From Eledone cirrhosa (taxonomy: Eukaryota): a stretch of DNA of 64,000 nt. Below are positions 1 through 20,816 of this stretch, in pieces (position 1 is the stretch's first letter; every line of letters starts with the position of its first letter). Both the position numbers and the translations under genes were made by a program. A model generated the notes under the pieces. It had not been told where the DNA came from. It searched no databases and saw only the letters and a program-made list of their open reading frames with translations. Where the stretch lies: positions 36,456,001-36,520,000 of the forward strand of contig OZ024759.1 in the NCBI GenBank assembly GCA_964016885.1, read 5' to 3'.

Positions 1-66
1 ACTAATAACGAGTATGTTAAATGGAAAGCAGGTAAGTGGATAGCATTGCTACATTTCCTTATATGT

Positions 67-107
<41 letters not shown>

Positions 108-369
108 TAAGGATACTATTTATGGTTATGTATATACTAAAACTTTTTATAGTTATATATATTTTAAACCCTAAACAGTGAAGGTCAGTAATTTATTACT
201 ACCTTATTACCAGTAAGATAAATAGCTCAATGTAATAAAATCAGTTGTTCTACAGAGCAGTTATATAGAATATTCTATATAAATATGTAGAGGTTACATT
301 TAATTTGTTGGGATACAAGCAAAATAATTTTATAACTGATATAAAGCACTCAACAAATTATTGGAGTAA

Positions 370-491
370 ATATACAATATATTAACAAATGGAAACTATT
401 TTTATAAAACCATATTTATTTCATTATACATGTATAATGAAATAAATATGGTTTTATAAAAATAGTTTCCATTTGTTAATATATTGTATAT
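370..491. repeat. Perfect 122-bp spacerless AT-rich palindrome
   Basis: 370-430 is the exact reverse complement of 431-491. Confidence 0.95.
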
Positions 492-642
492 ATATATATA
501 TATATACAAATACATATATACAAATATATATATATATATATACAAATATACATATATATATATACAAATATACATATATATATGTGTGTATATATACAAA
601 TATATATATATATATGTGTGTATATATACATACAAATATACA

Positions 643-699
<57 letters not shown>

Positions 700-994
700 A
701 TATACATGTATAACTTTGATAGGTTTTGACTATGTTGAAAAATGAACCTCATTTAGTCATTCCATGAGAGTATCTTGGTCAGTCTACGAAGGAGTGATGC
801 TAGAGCTGTGAGATCTTGCATACATTAATTTCAACTCTTCTTATTAATAACTGCATTGTTTCTTTCTTGGGACTATGCTGAAAAATAAACCTCATTTAGT
901 CATTCCATGAGAGTATCTTAGTCAGCCTATCAACTTTTCAGCCGAGCAACCCCTCATATTTATCCTCATAAATTTGTTTCCTCTTATATTTCAG

Positions 995-2010
995 AGTCTG
1001 TTAGTCGAGGTTGTAAAGTGTCCCAGCACCCTACTCAGACACAAACTGCTCAACAGCCCCCACAATGGGCCAATTCAGATGGCAGCCGAACATCTTCAAA
1101 TTCTTTGCCTACACTGGGGACACGGCTACACTGTGTTTTGTGTAGGAGGGGTTTCAATTCACGCAGCAACCTGCGTTCACATATGCGTATCCACACTTTG
1201 GAGAAGCCCTTTGTTTGCAAGTTCTGTAGTCGTAGTTTCAGTCAGTCATCTACATTACGTAACCACATACGTCTTCATACAGGTGAGTTAATGGCATTCA
1301 TTACACATAGCTTAAGTTTAATATAGAAATGGCTTCTACAGGACTAGAACTGTTTCACTACACAATGGTAAATCCGACACTTGTGTCATGCTTGGCTGAG
1401 TAATTTGTAAATCTCTTCTTCTTCCACATATTCCTGAGAGGGTCGTGGGAGGCAAAGTCCTCAAATACTCCTTCCACGGGTCCTGTCAGAAGCAACTGTC
1501 TCAAACTGAAGCGGCTGGATCCCCAAGTGAGACCCTCATGGATGTTATCCAACCATCTTGCTCGGGGTCTACCCCTGGGTCTCCTACCTGTTGGTTTTGC
1601 CCGTAAAATCTGTCCAGTGATTCTTTCCTGAGACATTCTAACCACATGTCTATAGTATCAGAGTTGTGATCTCTCAATTCGGAGAAGTAATGACTCTACC
1701 TTGAGTGACTCTTTGATCTCTGAGTGACACTTTATCAAGTAACATTTAATTTGTATGTAAACTTTTTTTTATATATCTTTCAGGAGAGAAGCCCTACCGC
1801 TGTGTGGTGTGTCAGAGCTCATATTCACAGCTGGCAGGTCTGCGTGCTCATCAGCGAAGTTCTCGTCACAGGCCACAGACCAACACCTCATTCAACAGCA
1901 GTCCTTACCATAAGCAGAGACCGGTTGTTATCGGAATAACATCATCATCGCCGTCATCATCATCATCATCACCATCAACAGCAACCATGACACAGAAAAA
2001 TCCTTCATAA
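995..2010 (+). CDS. PRDM12: PR/SET domain zinc finger protein 12, 3' part (last two coding exons, three C2H2 fingers); 5' exons lie upstream of the window or were not recognised
   Basis: Exons 995-1282 and 1784-2010 with ttttcag/GTGAGT and tttcag splice sites in matching phase 1. Joined: ...[81 protein letters not shown], which I recognise as nearly identical to the PRDM12 finger array. Stop TAA at 2008-2010; AATAAA at 2480-2485. Confidence 0.9.
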
Positions 2011-2292
2011 ATTTTTAGCTATTTGATCACATATGAAACTCTTATATTGTATGCTTTCATATACACAGTTATAATGAAAAACGCTATGTTAGTGCCACTT
2101 TTAAATATATGTACATATTGTCTAACCCAGTGTTAGCCACATGGCTAAAATGGACCATAGCAAATTTCAAGTGGGCCACAGAAATTTGATCCTTTTTACT
2201 GGGCCACTGGGTTAATATATGGGCCTAACCCTAAGTTGTTAAATGAAATTATGAAATCACTGATATAAAAAAAATTATGAAACTATACATAT

Positions 2293-2339
<47 letters not shown>

Positions 2340-3025
2340 TATATATATCATCATTTGAAGATAGACAGTAAACGATGATGATGATATATATTAATATATA
2401 TATATATATGTGTGTGTGTTAGGTTAACAATGAAAATAATAACAACAAAGTTATATTTTGCGGGTAAGGTCATGCTTCCAATAAAAACACATGCACCACA
2501 TGAATTTTGCTTGTTTTTTAATTATTAACCAATGAACATATCCCTTCATTGTTCAATTAACCCTTTACCATTTACATTACTCTATATATACTATTGTATT
2601 TTCACAGTAAAGGCTTTACCTCACATAACATTTACATTACTTTATATATACTATTGTATTTACACAGTAAAGGCTTTACTTCAAATAATATCTCACATAA
2701 TATCGAATCTATGAGATTATGATAATATTTATTTTGAGAACAATAACTTAACATCAGTATGAGCAGTCAGTTACAGCCGGTTTGAACAGAAAGAGGTGAG
2801 AGAATTCTGGCTGGATATGGCCGGTTTAAATGCCGGAGTTAATTGTCAGAGGTCTTTCATCACACATCTGTTACCTTATCAATGACCGTTTCTTTTCCGT
2901 GTTTCTTCCTCATTTCAACTTTGCCTCCAGAAGAGGAAAAGATGATGGGGCAAGTGAAAGATGACAGAGTCCACCCACTGTCCAATCGATGATCAATCAT
3001 GTAAGGATTAGAAAAAGCAAGGAAT

Positions 3026-12242
<9,217 letters not shown>

Positions 12243-12474
12243 GTGTCATCTGAGGATAAAAAATATAAGTAAACAACAATATATATATATATTAAGAAAT
12301 CAATATATATATATATTAAATTAAATTAAAAGAAAAAGTTGAATGACATATATATATAAAATAAACACATCAAACAATTACAGGGGATAATTTGTAAAGA
12401 GTGTAACCACACATAGTTACTGAGGTAATATATTAAAAATTAACCAGAACCTTGAATATCCTTGCAATAATGAT

Positions 12475-12570
12475 TAATCTCCTTTGTATATATTCCATTG
12501 AAGAAATACATTTCACCATTAATCAGTGAATCATAGGTGTTAAATGTTGGATCGTCAGCAAAGGAGATTA
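12475..12570 (-). ncRNA. Type I hammerhead ribozyme motif
   Basis: Minus strand: TAATCTCCTTTG-CTGACGA-TCCA...TGGT-GAA-ATGTATTTC ttcaat GGAATATAT-A-CAAAGGAGATTA. Perfect 12-bp stem I, 9-bp stem III including G-U pairs, AUA cleavage triplet. Confidence 0.8.
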
Positions 12571-13118
12571 CAGACCAAAGGCAAATCAGGGAATATTTAT
12601 TTCAGTAATGGTTATTTTTGTTCGCTACTATATAACTTGGACTACCTTACAGCAACATCATTATAAACAATGTTTCTTCTATGTAAATATCACTCATAGC
12701 CAGGGCCTCGTTTGCCTTAAAAATGTGAGGGGGACAAACCAATATTGCTTATGGTGCCTTTCCTCGACCCTATCACATAAGTAACATTTTACGCTAATCA
12801 AATTTTATATATTCAAATGAAATTCAGATATTAAAAAAATAAGCTTAAAAAGAATTTATTATATCAAATAAACAAAAAATAAAACATAGACGTTTGAATA
12901 AATTGGGGAAAAGTAGGGGGATAAAAGATGGTTTGTCCCCCCGTTCCTGAAAAAGTTGGGGGGGGGGGGGGGACTTGTCCCCTGGTACACCCCTGAAACA
13001 ATATATATACATACGTACACACATGTATAGAACTGTTATATAGGATATTGAGTTAATAAAACACCGTGTAAGAAGTAAATTTTGTTTTTGAATCTATTGC
13101 CTTCTCCATTATTTTGCT

Positions 13119-13150
<32 letters not shown>

Positions 13151-13363
13151 TTGAGTAAAAAGACAGGAGGCCGGCTTCCTGTCATTTTATTCAATAATAA
13201 TTAACTCAGTTCTCGCACCACCAACAAGATTCAACATCGAAGATGAATGAGTTGCATAACGTTGAGTGCTTTTCCTAACATTACATCATGATTGACTATA
13301 CGGAATGACAAGTTCTATCCTGTGGTGAACCGCCAAGCCAGAAGCATATCACTAAATTGGATT

Positions 13364-13448
13364 TCATCTGAGGAAACCGTTCTCATAACAATAAATTCAT
13401 GAAAGACTCCTTGGTTACACGGGAGAACCGTTGAAATAATTATAATGA
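13364..13448 (+). ncRNA. Type I hammerhead ribozyme motif (long stem II, palindromic stem III)
   Basis: TCAT-CTGAGGA-AACCGTTCTC...GAGAACCGTT-GAA-ATAATTAT-A-ATGA. Confidence 0.65.
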
Positions 13449-14549
13449 TTAAACGATTTATGTTACATCAGCATTTTTATTTTTGTTATATATATATATA
13501 TATATATAAGTTTATGCCGGGTTCAATCAGAAGTAACCACAGTAAGTAAGGTACTCAATACATAGCAGAGTATAAATATTTAATATAGCAATGGCTTCTA
13601 CAGGACTATAACTGTTCAATAACTATTAAACTCCTGGACAAACAACAGATAGAGTTTGTTTCGCCGAAAATTCGTGGCTGTGTCATAGAATCCTACGCCT
13701 TTCAACAGGAGTAAGGATTGTCTGAACAACTCACCTAGAGATAATTTAGGTAACTAAATATGGCAAACGGTGTATATAGTAATAGAACAGACAGACAGCA
13801 CATAGTGGATCGAAAAACGGCTAGAAAAGGCAGCCTAAAGCCACTCAACTTCAAAGGTTCAACAGAGGACGAGTGAAATGGTTAGAAGCCGAATTAAAAA
13901 ACTAGTGTTAATACCCTGTAATTAATGAGCTCAAAGCATAAAAACTGGGCTCTTTATAATATATAGAAATAAACACACAGAAGTGTTTTACATGGGCCAG
14001 AAACAACTCTGGTGCTATGCATATAATCGATGAACGAATGGAAAATACATATATATCCTGATGATTTCTCCCGAATGAAACAGTTCTAGTCTGTAGAAGA
14101 CATTTCTATATTAAATACTTATACTCTGCTTTTTATTGAGTACCTTACTTACTGTGATAAACATATATATATATATCTATATATATGTGTGTGTGTGTGT
14201 GTAAATATAATTAAAAAGAGGCTGTTTGCATAATTGCAAACGAATCAGTAGAGGATCGGACGACAAGTCTTCCAGCATAGAGTTACGGCTCTTTACGGTC
14301 TGAGTTCAAGTTTGCCTTTCATCCTTACGGGATCGATAAAATAAAGTACCAGTAATACACTGAAATAATTGCTGGCCTTGTGCCAAAAGTAGAAACAATT
14401 ATTATTAATATTCGAAAAACTAAGATTTATATTAAAGAGTTAAACAAGATTCAATGAGTATATCAAAGAATGAGTTTTACAGTAGATTGGAATTTTCACT
14501 ACCTTGATTAAATCTTAACCATTTAACATCTCAGGGTATGTCATGTATG

Positions 14550-14612
14550 ATTATATTTTTTCTGATGAGGACGTACTGTTGTACCTCCGAAATATGTATA
14601 ATAAAATTTAAT
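14550..14612 (+). ncRNA. Type I hammerhead ribozyme motif
   Basis: ATTATATTTTTT-CTGATGA-GGACGTAC tgtt GTACCTCC-GAA-ATATGTAT-A-ATAAAATTTAAT. Stem I pairs at 10 of 12 positions; canonical G-C closing pair of stem II. Confidence 0.7.
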
Positions 14613-14719
14613 TGATCAAAAGAACATCTATTTTACTAATATTTGTATTTTAATATATATATATATTAAAATAACAGATTAAAGTTTAAGCAAAGAATCG
14701 CTGCTTTCACCCTTAACAG

Positions 14720-14772
14720 AATCTTCTGAAGATCCCGTGAAGGGTGAAAGCAGCGATTCTTTGCTTAAAATT
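14720..14772 (+). ncRNA. Type I hammerhead ribozyme motif (second copy at 19103-19153 with core mutated to CAGAAGA)
   Basis: AATCTT-CTGAAGA-TCCC gtgaa GGGT-GAA-AGCA gcgattctt TGCT-T-AAAATT. The 19103 copy has a perfect stem I, AGTTT/AAACT. Confidence 0.65.
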
Positions 14773-15001
14773 TAATCTATTATATTAATAAATATATATA
14801 TATATATAAGAATTATTCGAACCAACAAGTATTTATATATATATACAGATTACCTGCTACCGCCGTAAACACATCCGTATCCGGTTAAACTGTGTGAAGT
14901 AGGAGAGAACCTTGTCCTTTAACTTCTTCCTGTTTCTTCTTCTTTCTGTCTCTCTCTCTCTCTCGTTTTTTTCTTTTGTTAATATAAACACACACACACA
15001 C

Positions 15002-15061
<60 letters not shown>

Positions 15062-15168
15062 GATAACAAGTTATCGTTATAGGTAATCCAGTTAGAAGTT
15101 GTGAGTACTCTGTATTGTGGATAGTTAAACCCTTTTTGTACAGCCGACCATGTTATTCTTCAATCTTT

Positions 15169-15216
<48 letters not shown>

Positions 15217-15564
15217 AGATAAATCTACCAAGAGTTTACGGTAGTGTCCAATCCGTATGAAGAACTCAATGTATTCCGGATATCATGGAAAGAAGAGATG
15301 TAATGAAAAATCACTTTCGGTGAAAGATAAACGGAATACAGAGTCAAGATAAAATATTAAACAAATAATGAATAAAACAATGAAAAAGTTCCTTATATTA
15401 AACAAAAAAAGTTCATTATTTAACGATCGTTTCTAGGATATATATGTGTTAGAATTGGCATGCATATTCAACAGATCTATGTACAAAATTATACAAACTA
15501 TCAAGATTAAATATACATACCAAACACACATATACGCCGTCTTATATATATATATATATATATA

Positions 15565-17982
15565 AGTATTGAAATTTCAGTTGGAAACAGAAAAGGTCAT
15601 AGAAATGAAGAGTGCTCTATGTAAGTATCAGAGCAAAATTTAATGTATAAAATCAATACAATATAATTACCTCATTACCAGAGGTTTCCCGAATGAGGCG
15701 AATACGAAATAAACGACTTCATTCGTTCGTCAGACGAGGCAATATAAAACATGGGCAAATACTTAGAAAAACACATCAAGAAAATCAAAAAAATATATAG
15801 ATAAATGAAATAGAAATTGAAATATATAAAAATCTATCAAGAAAAATAGTTAGGTGTGTGTATGTGTATGTATATACGCTCATAGATGTGCATATATGTA
15901 TATGTGCACGTGTAAATGTATGGTTAGAAAGTGTGCGTAATTATAAAAATTTAGGGCAAATGTATCTATATGTCTGTATTATACAGACGGAAATGGTTAC
16001 TTCGTAAAATTAAGAATATAAAGTCGCGCGCATAAAAACGCCTGGACACTCGTACACTTAGATGCGGAAAGAAAGGAGGTAAAGAGAGTATAATAAATAA
16101 AAGAAAAGTATCTATTACGATATATTTATAAAAATATAGTAACGATAAATTAGAAAGACAAGATAGAAAGAAAAAATTAAAGAAAACAAAAAAAGCGGGG
16201 GTACATACATACACAGACACGCGTGTCTCACAAAAGTAATGTAAAAATAATTATGCTTATATACACACGCGCACTTACACTTCCATACGTTCGATACGTA
16301 CATACACACACACACACATACTTATACTCGCGCATATAAACCTGTTTGCATGCCCATGTATGAAACTGGGTAAGTAACAAAAGAGGGAAGGGGGGGGGGA
16401 AAGAAAAAAGGAACAAAAAAATATAAAACCGAAATGTCAAAAACACGGATATAAAGACACTTACACATACGCATAATATATACATACACACACACACAAA
16501 CACCAGTACACACACGCATACATACACGTACATATATATTATACACATACATACACGCACGCGCGCGCACATACGTAGTCACTCATGTACATATATAAAA
16601 AAAGTATACACACATTAAGGCGTTCAGCCATATTGAAATGTGGATAAATAAATACAAATATAAAATTGTAGGATAGGCTGCGCAAAAATAAAATAAAAAT
16701 AAAAATGAAAAATATATCTGGATTGAAAAACCCAAAAGACAAGTGTAATCAGTTAGTAGAGGAAAAAGGGAAGTAAAAAATAGAAAATAGGAAGTGGATC
16801 GGAGAATAAAGGGGGGGGGGGGGGGGGGGTAAAAATAAATAAAAAAATAAATAAAAGTGAAAATAAATGAAATTATTGACAAGGATAAGAATGAAAGTAA
16901 GTCAGAAAGGGTAATTAAAAAGAGAATAATCAGAGTTTATGGAGGATAAGTGTCTGAAAGTGTGTTAAGTTTATATGAGCTGGAAAGCAGGTGTGATTTC
17001 ATGTGTGGGCAACTGGTAAAAATTTCCGTCTTTGTGTTCAGGCAGGTCTTTGGTGATTTGAGATTTTGCAATATCCAAAATTTTTCATTTATGCAGAGCG
17101 TGCATTTTCTTGTTCCTCTAGCATATTTTTTAGATTGGTTCAAAATTGACCAATCTAGTTTATATTGGATGCCTTGGTCTTTCAAATCCCCGATTCTGCT
17201 AGCCAGAGCTGTTGTAAATCTTTTATCTGGATGTCGAAAGGATGCGACATGTGAGTAATAACGCGTTTTGAATCTGTCTTGCGTTATACCCACATATCGT
17301 TCACTGGTGACTGGATGGTTGTTGCTGATAGTTGTCACATTAGCCGCATATACAATGGCTTTGGTGTTGCATTTACCTTGTAATGGGCATTCACTTTTGA
17401 TTCTACAGGAGCAAGTTTGATTTTCTCTAGGTGATATTTTGTTGAGGATATAGGACTTAATAGGGGGACCGCAGGAATAGCTAATTTTAACACAGTTTCT
17501 GTTAAAGATCTTATAGTATCTATGTGTTCTAGGGAAATGTTTATCTAGGAGTTCTAGGAATTTTTTGCCTACATTAGTTTTAACTGCTAGAGAGTAGGGG
17601 GGGTGTGAACCAGATTATTTTTCTTTTCCTATTTTTATGTTTAATAGAGTTAGTGTAGTTAGGTATGTATTTAATCGGTTCGCTAAAGCCGCTATTTTGG
17701 AGGGCTTTATTATAGTAGGGGATGCCTTATTGAAAATAGCTTCTGATGAAGAGAGGGGGGAGATCCTACGGCTAATATTAGGGATAAGGTTTTTAAAAAC
17801 TATAGGTGGATGGCAAGATCCTTTATTTATATATTTTAAGTTTTCATTAGGTTTATGGTATGGTTTATAAGAAGCAGTAGGCAAATCTAAGTTTATATCT
17901 AGGAAATCTACGTTGGAAAGGTTAGTATCAATAGTAATTTTAAGATTAAAACTAGCAAAGGTTTTTATTAAGTCTTTCCTTA
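15565..17982 (-). mobile_element. 5'-truncated, frameshifted Penelope-like retroelement (RT C-terminus, Cys linker, C-terminal GIY-YIG endonuclease, long 3' region with hammerhead motif)
   Basis: Minus-strand translation with frameshifts: NVDFLDINLDL...YKPYHKPN...SCHPP...RRIS; RKIIWFTPPYS...DKHFP...IFNRNCVKISYSC; CSCRIKSECPLQGKC...IVYAA...YVGITQDRFKTRYYSH...CTLCINEK...LNTKTEIFTSCPH; stop at 16937. (TA)n tracts at both ends. Confidence 0.85.
15669..15740 (-). ncRNA. Type I hammerhead ribozyme motif in the 3' region of the Penelope-like element
   Basis: Minus strand: GCCTCGT-CTGACGA-ACGAATGA...TCATTCGG-GAA-ACC tct GGT-A-ATGAGGT. 7-bp stem I, GUA triplet. Confidence 0.78.
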
Positions 17983-18258
17983 ATATATATATATATAGAA
18001 AAGATAACACTCGAGAGAGAGTGTGTGTGTGTTTATCAATGTACAAGGAAAACCACCAGTGTATGGAATATATAAACTAAGAAAAGTGAGGTAGATGCAT
18101 AATAATTAAAAATTAACGCGAGTTTATGACTCCGTTAATTTATTTTGATATATATATAATCCTTTTTTTCTTCTTCGCTCGTTGTTTCCTCAGCCTCACT
18201 TTCATATTTCTTATATTTTTGTTTTCAAATCCACATTTAATAAAAACACCATGTTTTT

Positions 18259-18315
18259 TTTCATTCTGACGACTGAAAGATTTATTTGCTTTCAAGAAAC
18301 CACTGGTAAATGAAA
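18259..18315 (+). ncRNA. Type I hammerhead ribozyme motif
   Basis: TTTCATT-CTGACGA-CTGAAAG atttatttg CTTTCAA-GAA-ACC act GGT-A-AATGAAA. Confidence 0.75.
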
Positions 18316-18852
18316 TAATTATCTCATGTTGTTTATTACATAACTAAAATATATATATATATATAAATAAAACAAAGAAGGTGGTAAGGAACCAGGTGGG
18401 CCATAACGCACCAAAGTACTCGATAGTTAGGGTAGTAGAGTGGGTAATAGGAAAAGAGTCAAGACCCTGACGGCTGAACTCCAGCCGTTTCGACAGCTAT
18501 TTCAGAAATAGCTGTCGAAACGGCCGGAGCTCAACCGTCGGGGTCCTGATTCTTTTCCTGTGAATTGGCAGTAATCGGTAGATGGTCAGACATGCTTTCC
18601 AGCATAGTTACTTCCCTTTACGATCTGAGTTCAAATCCCGCCGAGGTTAACTTTGCCTTTCATCCTTACGGAGTCGATAAAATAAAGTACCAGTAATACA
18701 CTGGGATAATTGCTGGCCTTGTGCCAAAAGTAGAAACAATTATATATATATACATATGGGTTATAGCAAATATTAATAATATATATATATATATATATAT
18801 AAACCTTTATGTACACATATCTATGTGTACTTTCTCTCTCTCTCTCGAGAGA

Positions 18853-18884
<32 letters not shown>

Positions 18885-18911
18885 AAGTACACATAGATAT
18901 GTGTACATAAA

Positions 18912-19030
<119 letters not shown>

Positions 19031-19188
19031 TACACATAGATCTTCCTCCGGTTGCAACGTTTTTTGAAATATCCAGTTCTGCGTTTACAGATTGACTTTG
19101 TTAGTTTCAGAAGATCCCGTTAAGGGTGAAAGCAGCGATTCTTTGCTTAAACTTTAATCTGTTATTTTAATAAATATATATATATATA

Positions 19189-19786
19189 TGGTGGCGGCCA
19201 ACTCGTTTTCGAGTACGGCCACTACCTTATATCCATGTAGGAGAACCCCTACTGATGCGCTGAACGAGTGTGACTTTTTAGTCCCGCCAGCGACTTGAAA
19301 ACTCTGGTACAAACACTGCACTTGTGACAATTATTGACACATATTGCTGGGCCCATGGTACCATGTGACGACAAGTGCAGAGAGATCTCCAGATATAAAG
19401 CAATGCCTGTGCCGTGAAGCTTTTATAGTCAGCAAAGGCACTGCACAAAGCCAGTCCCACTCTCTTAACCAAGATGATATTTACCAAAACGAAGAACAAG
19501 TCAACATCATTGGATACCATCAGGGTTGCAGGTGTTATATCAGAGTTTTCCTTCTCCTAGAATTCTGCCTTGACAAAGGCTAAGGGGTCATCTCTCCCGG
19601 TGATTTTGGATGGCCATTGACTCTTAAGAGCTCCTTTGCCCTTTGACAGGTTTTGTTTTTAGTCCTGCAGGATGTCCAAAGTCACCCTCCTCACCAAGAA
19701 ACCTTGGTGGGGTTGCCAGTTTAGTCGCCAATGACCCGACCATGAGACAGGTTGTACTGGGATACATGTTACCAGTAGCACCAACT
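19189..19786. repeat. ~600-bp dispersed repeat, near-identical copy at 31514-32110
   Basis: The two copies align almost base for base with the same left boundary, and both are embedded in TA-rich microsatellites. Confidence 0.85.
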
Positions 19787-20741
19787 GGTGACCTGACATG
19801 AATATATATATATAGATATATATATACACATATATATATCTATATCATCGATTAACGTCCATCTTCCATGGGTTTGACGGATCCTATTTTCAGGTAAGTT
19901 GTGTTGAGTGACCGTGTCTTACTCAAATAGGGTGTTTCTGGCTGGATGTCCTTCCTAACGCCAACCACATTAACAGTGTGGACTGGGGCATACTGTATAT
20001 ATGCTTCAGCTTGTGCTTGTGGGAAGTCGGGTCTTTTGTATTACCGCATATCGCCAGGGATCCTAGCCATGTGTTATTTCCTCTGAGAAGTACAATTGAG
20101 CAAGGTCGGCTTTTATCACCTCATCCCAGGTCTTCCTGGGTCTCCCCACTCCAATTCTTCCAACGACTTTGAGCGCTCTGCACATTTTTATGCAGCTGTC
20201 ATCCTTCATACGCAACACGTCCATATATATGTATATATAAACGGAAAAAATGAAACGAAATTTCATTTCTCATATGTGTGCATGTATGTATATATATATA
20301 TATATACATACTACTGTACGTCTATATACATATATGTATGTACGTATACATACTTATATATATAGTGAAAAATGGAACGGGAACAAAACAGAGAGGCAGC
20401 ACAAACAAAGGTATATTAGTTTCACGCTCTTAAGAGGGGGGGGGCGTTTTGGGCATAAGCCCTTCTTCAGGCGAAAAGTGTGTGGGAAGAGAGTTCCGCG
20501 GGTGTGGAGAGACATTTAGAAAAAAGGGGGGGGGGGACGGTGGAAGGGGTACAAATAAAAATAAATATAAAAAAAATTAAAATAAACATGAAGATAAACA
20601 AGTGGTGGAAGGGTGTATATATATATATATATATATATAAAGGGAACAAAACGGGCGAAGGCTTCAAGAACATAACCTTTGTCTGTTCCCTTGTCGTTTT
20701 AATTAGGATTGCCTCAAGAACGTAACTTTATCATGTAAGAA

Positions 20742-20816
20742 GCTGTCTGATGAGATCATGGCACTACCTAGGTGGAATCGTGTGGCCACTGTCGTCATTG
20801 AAATATGTATCACAGC
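20742..20816 (+). ncRNA. Type I hammerhead ribozyme motif
   Basis: GCTGT-CTGATGA-GATCATGGCA...TGTCGTCATT-GAA-ATATGTAT-C-ACAGC; AUC triplet. Confidence 0.7.

Noticed and set aside
180-265. Twister or hammerhead ribozyme in the repeat shared with 34150-34237
   Set aside because: Could not assemble the conserved core or pseudoknots by eye.
20445-20472. Functional hammerhead on the minus strand (CTGAAGAAGGGCTTATGCCCAAAACG)
   Set aside because: GAAA is mutated to AAAA and there is no valid stem III/NUH/stem I; counted only as a degenerate relic.
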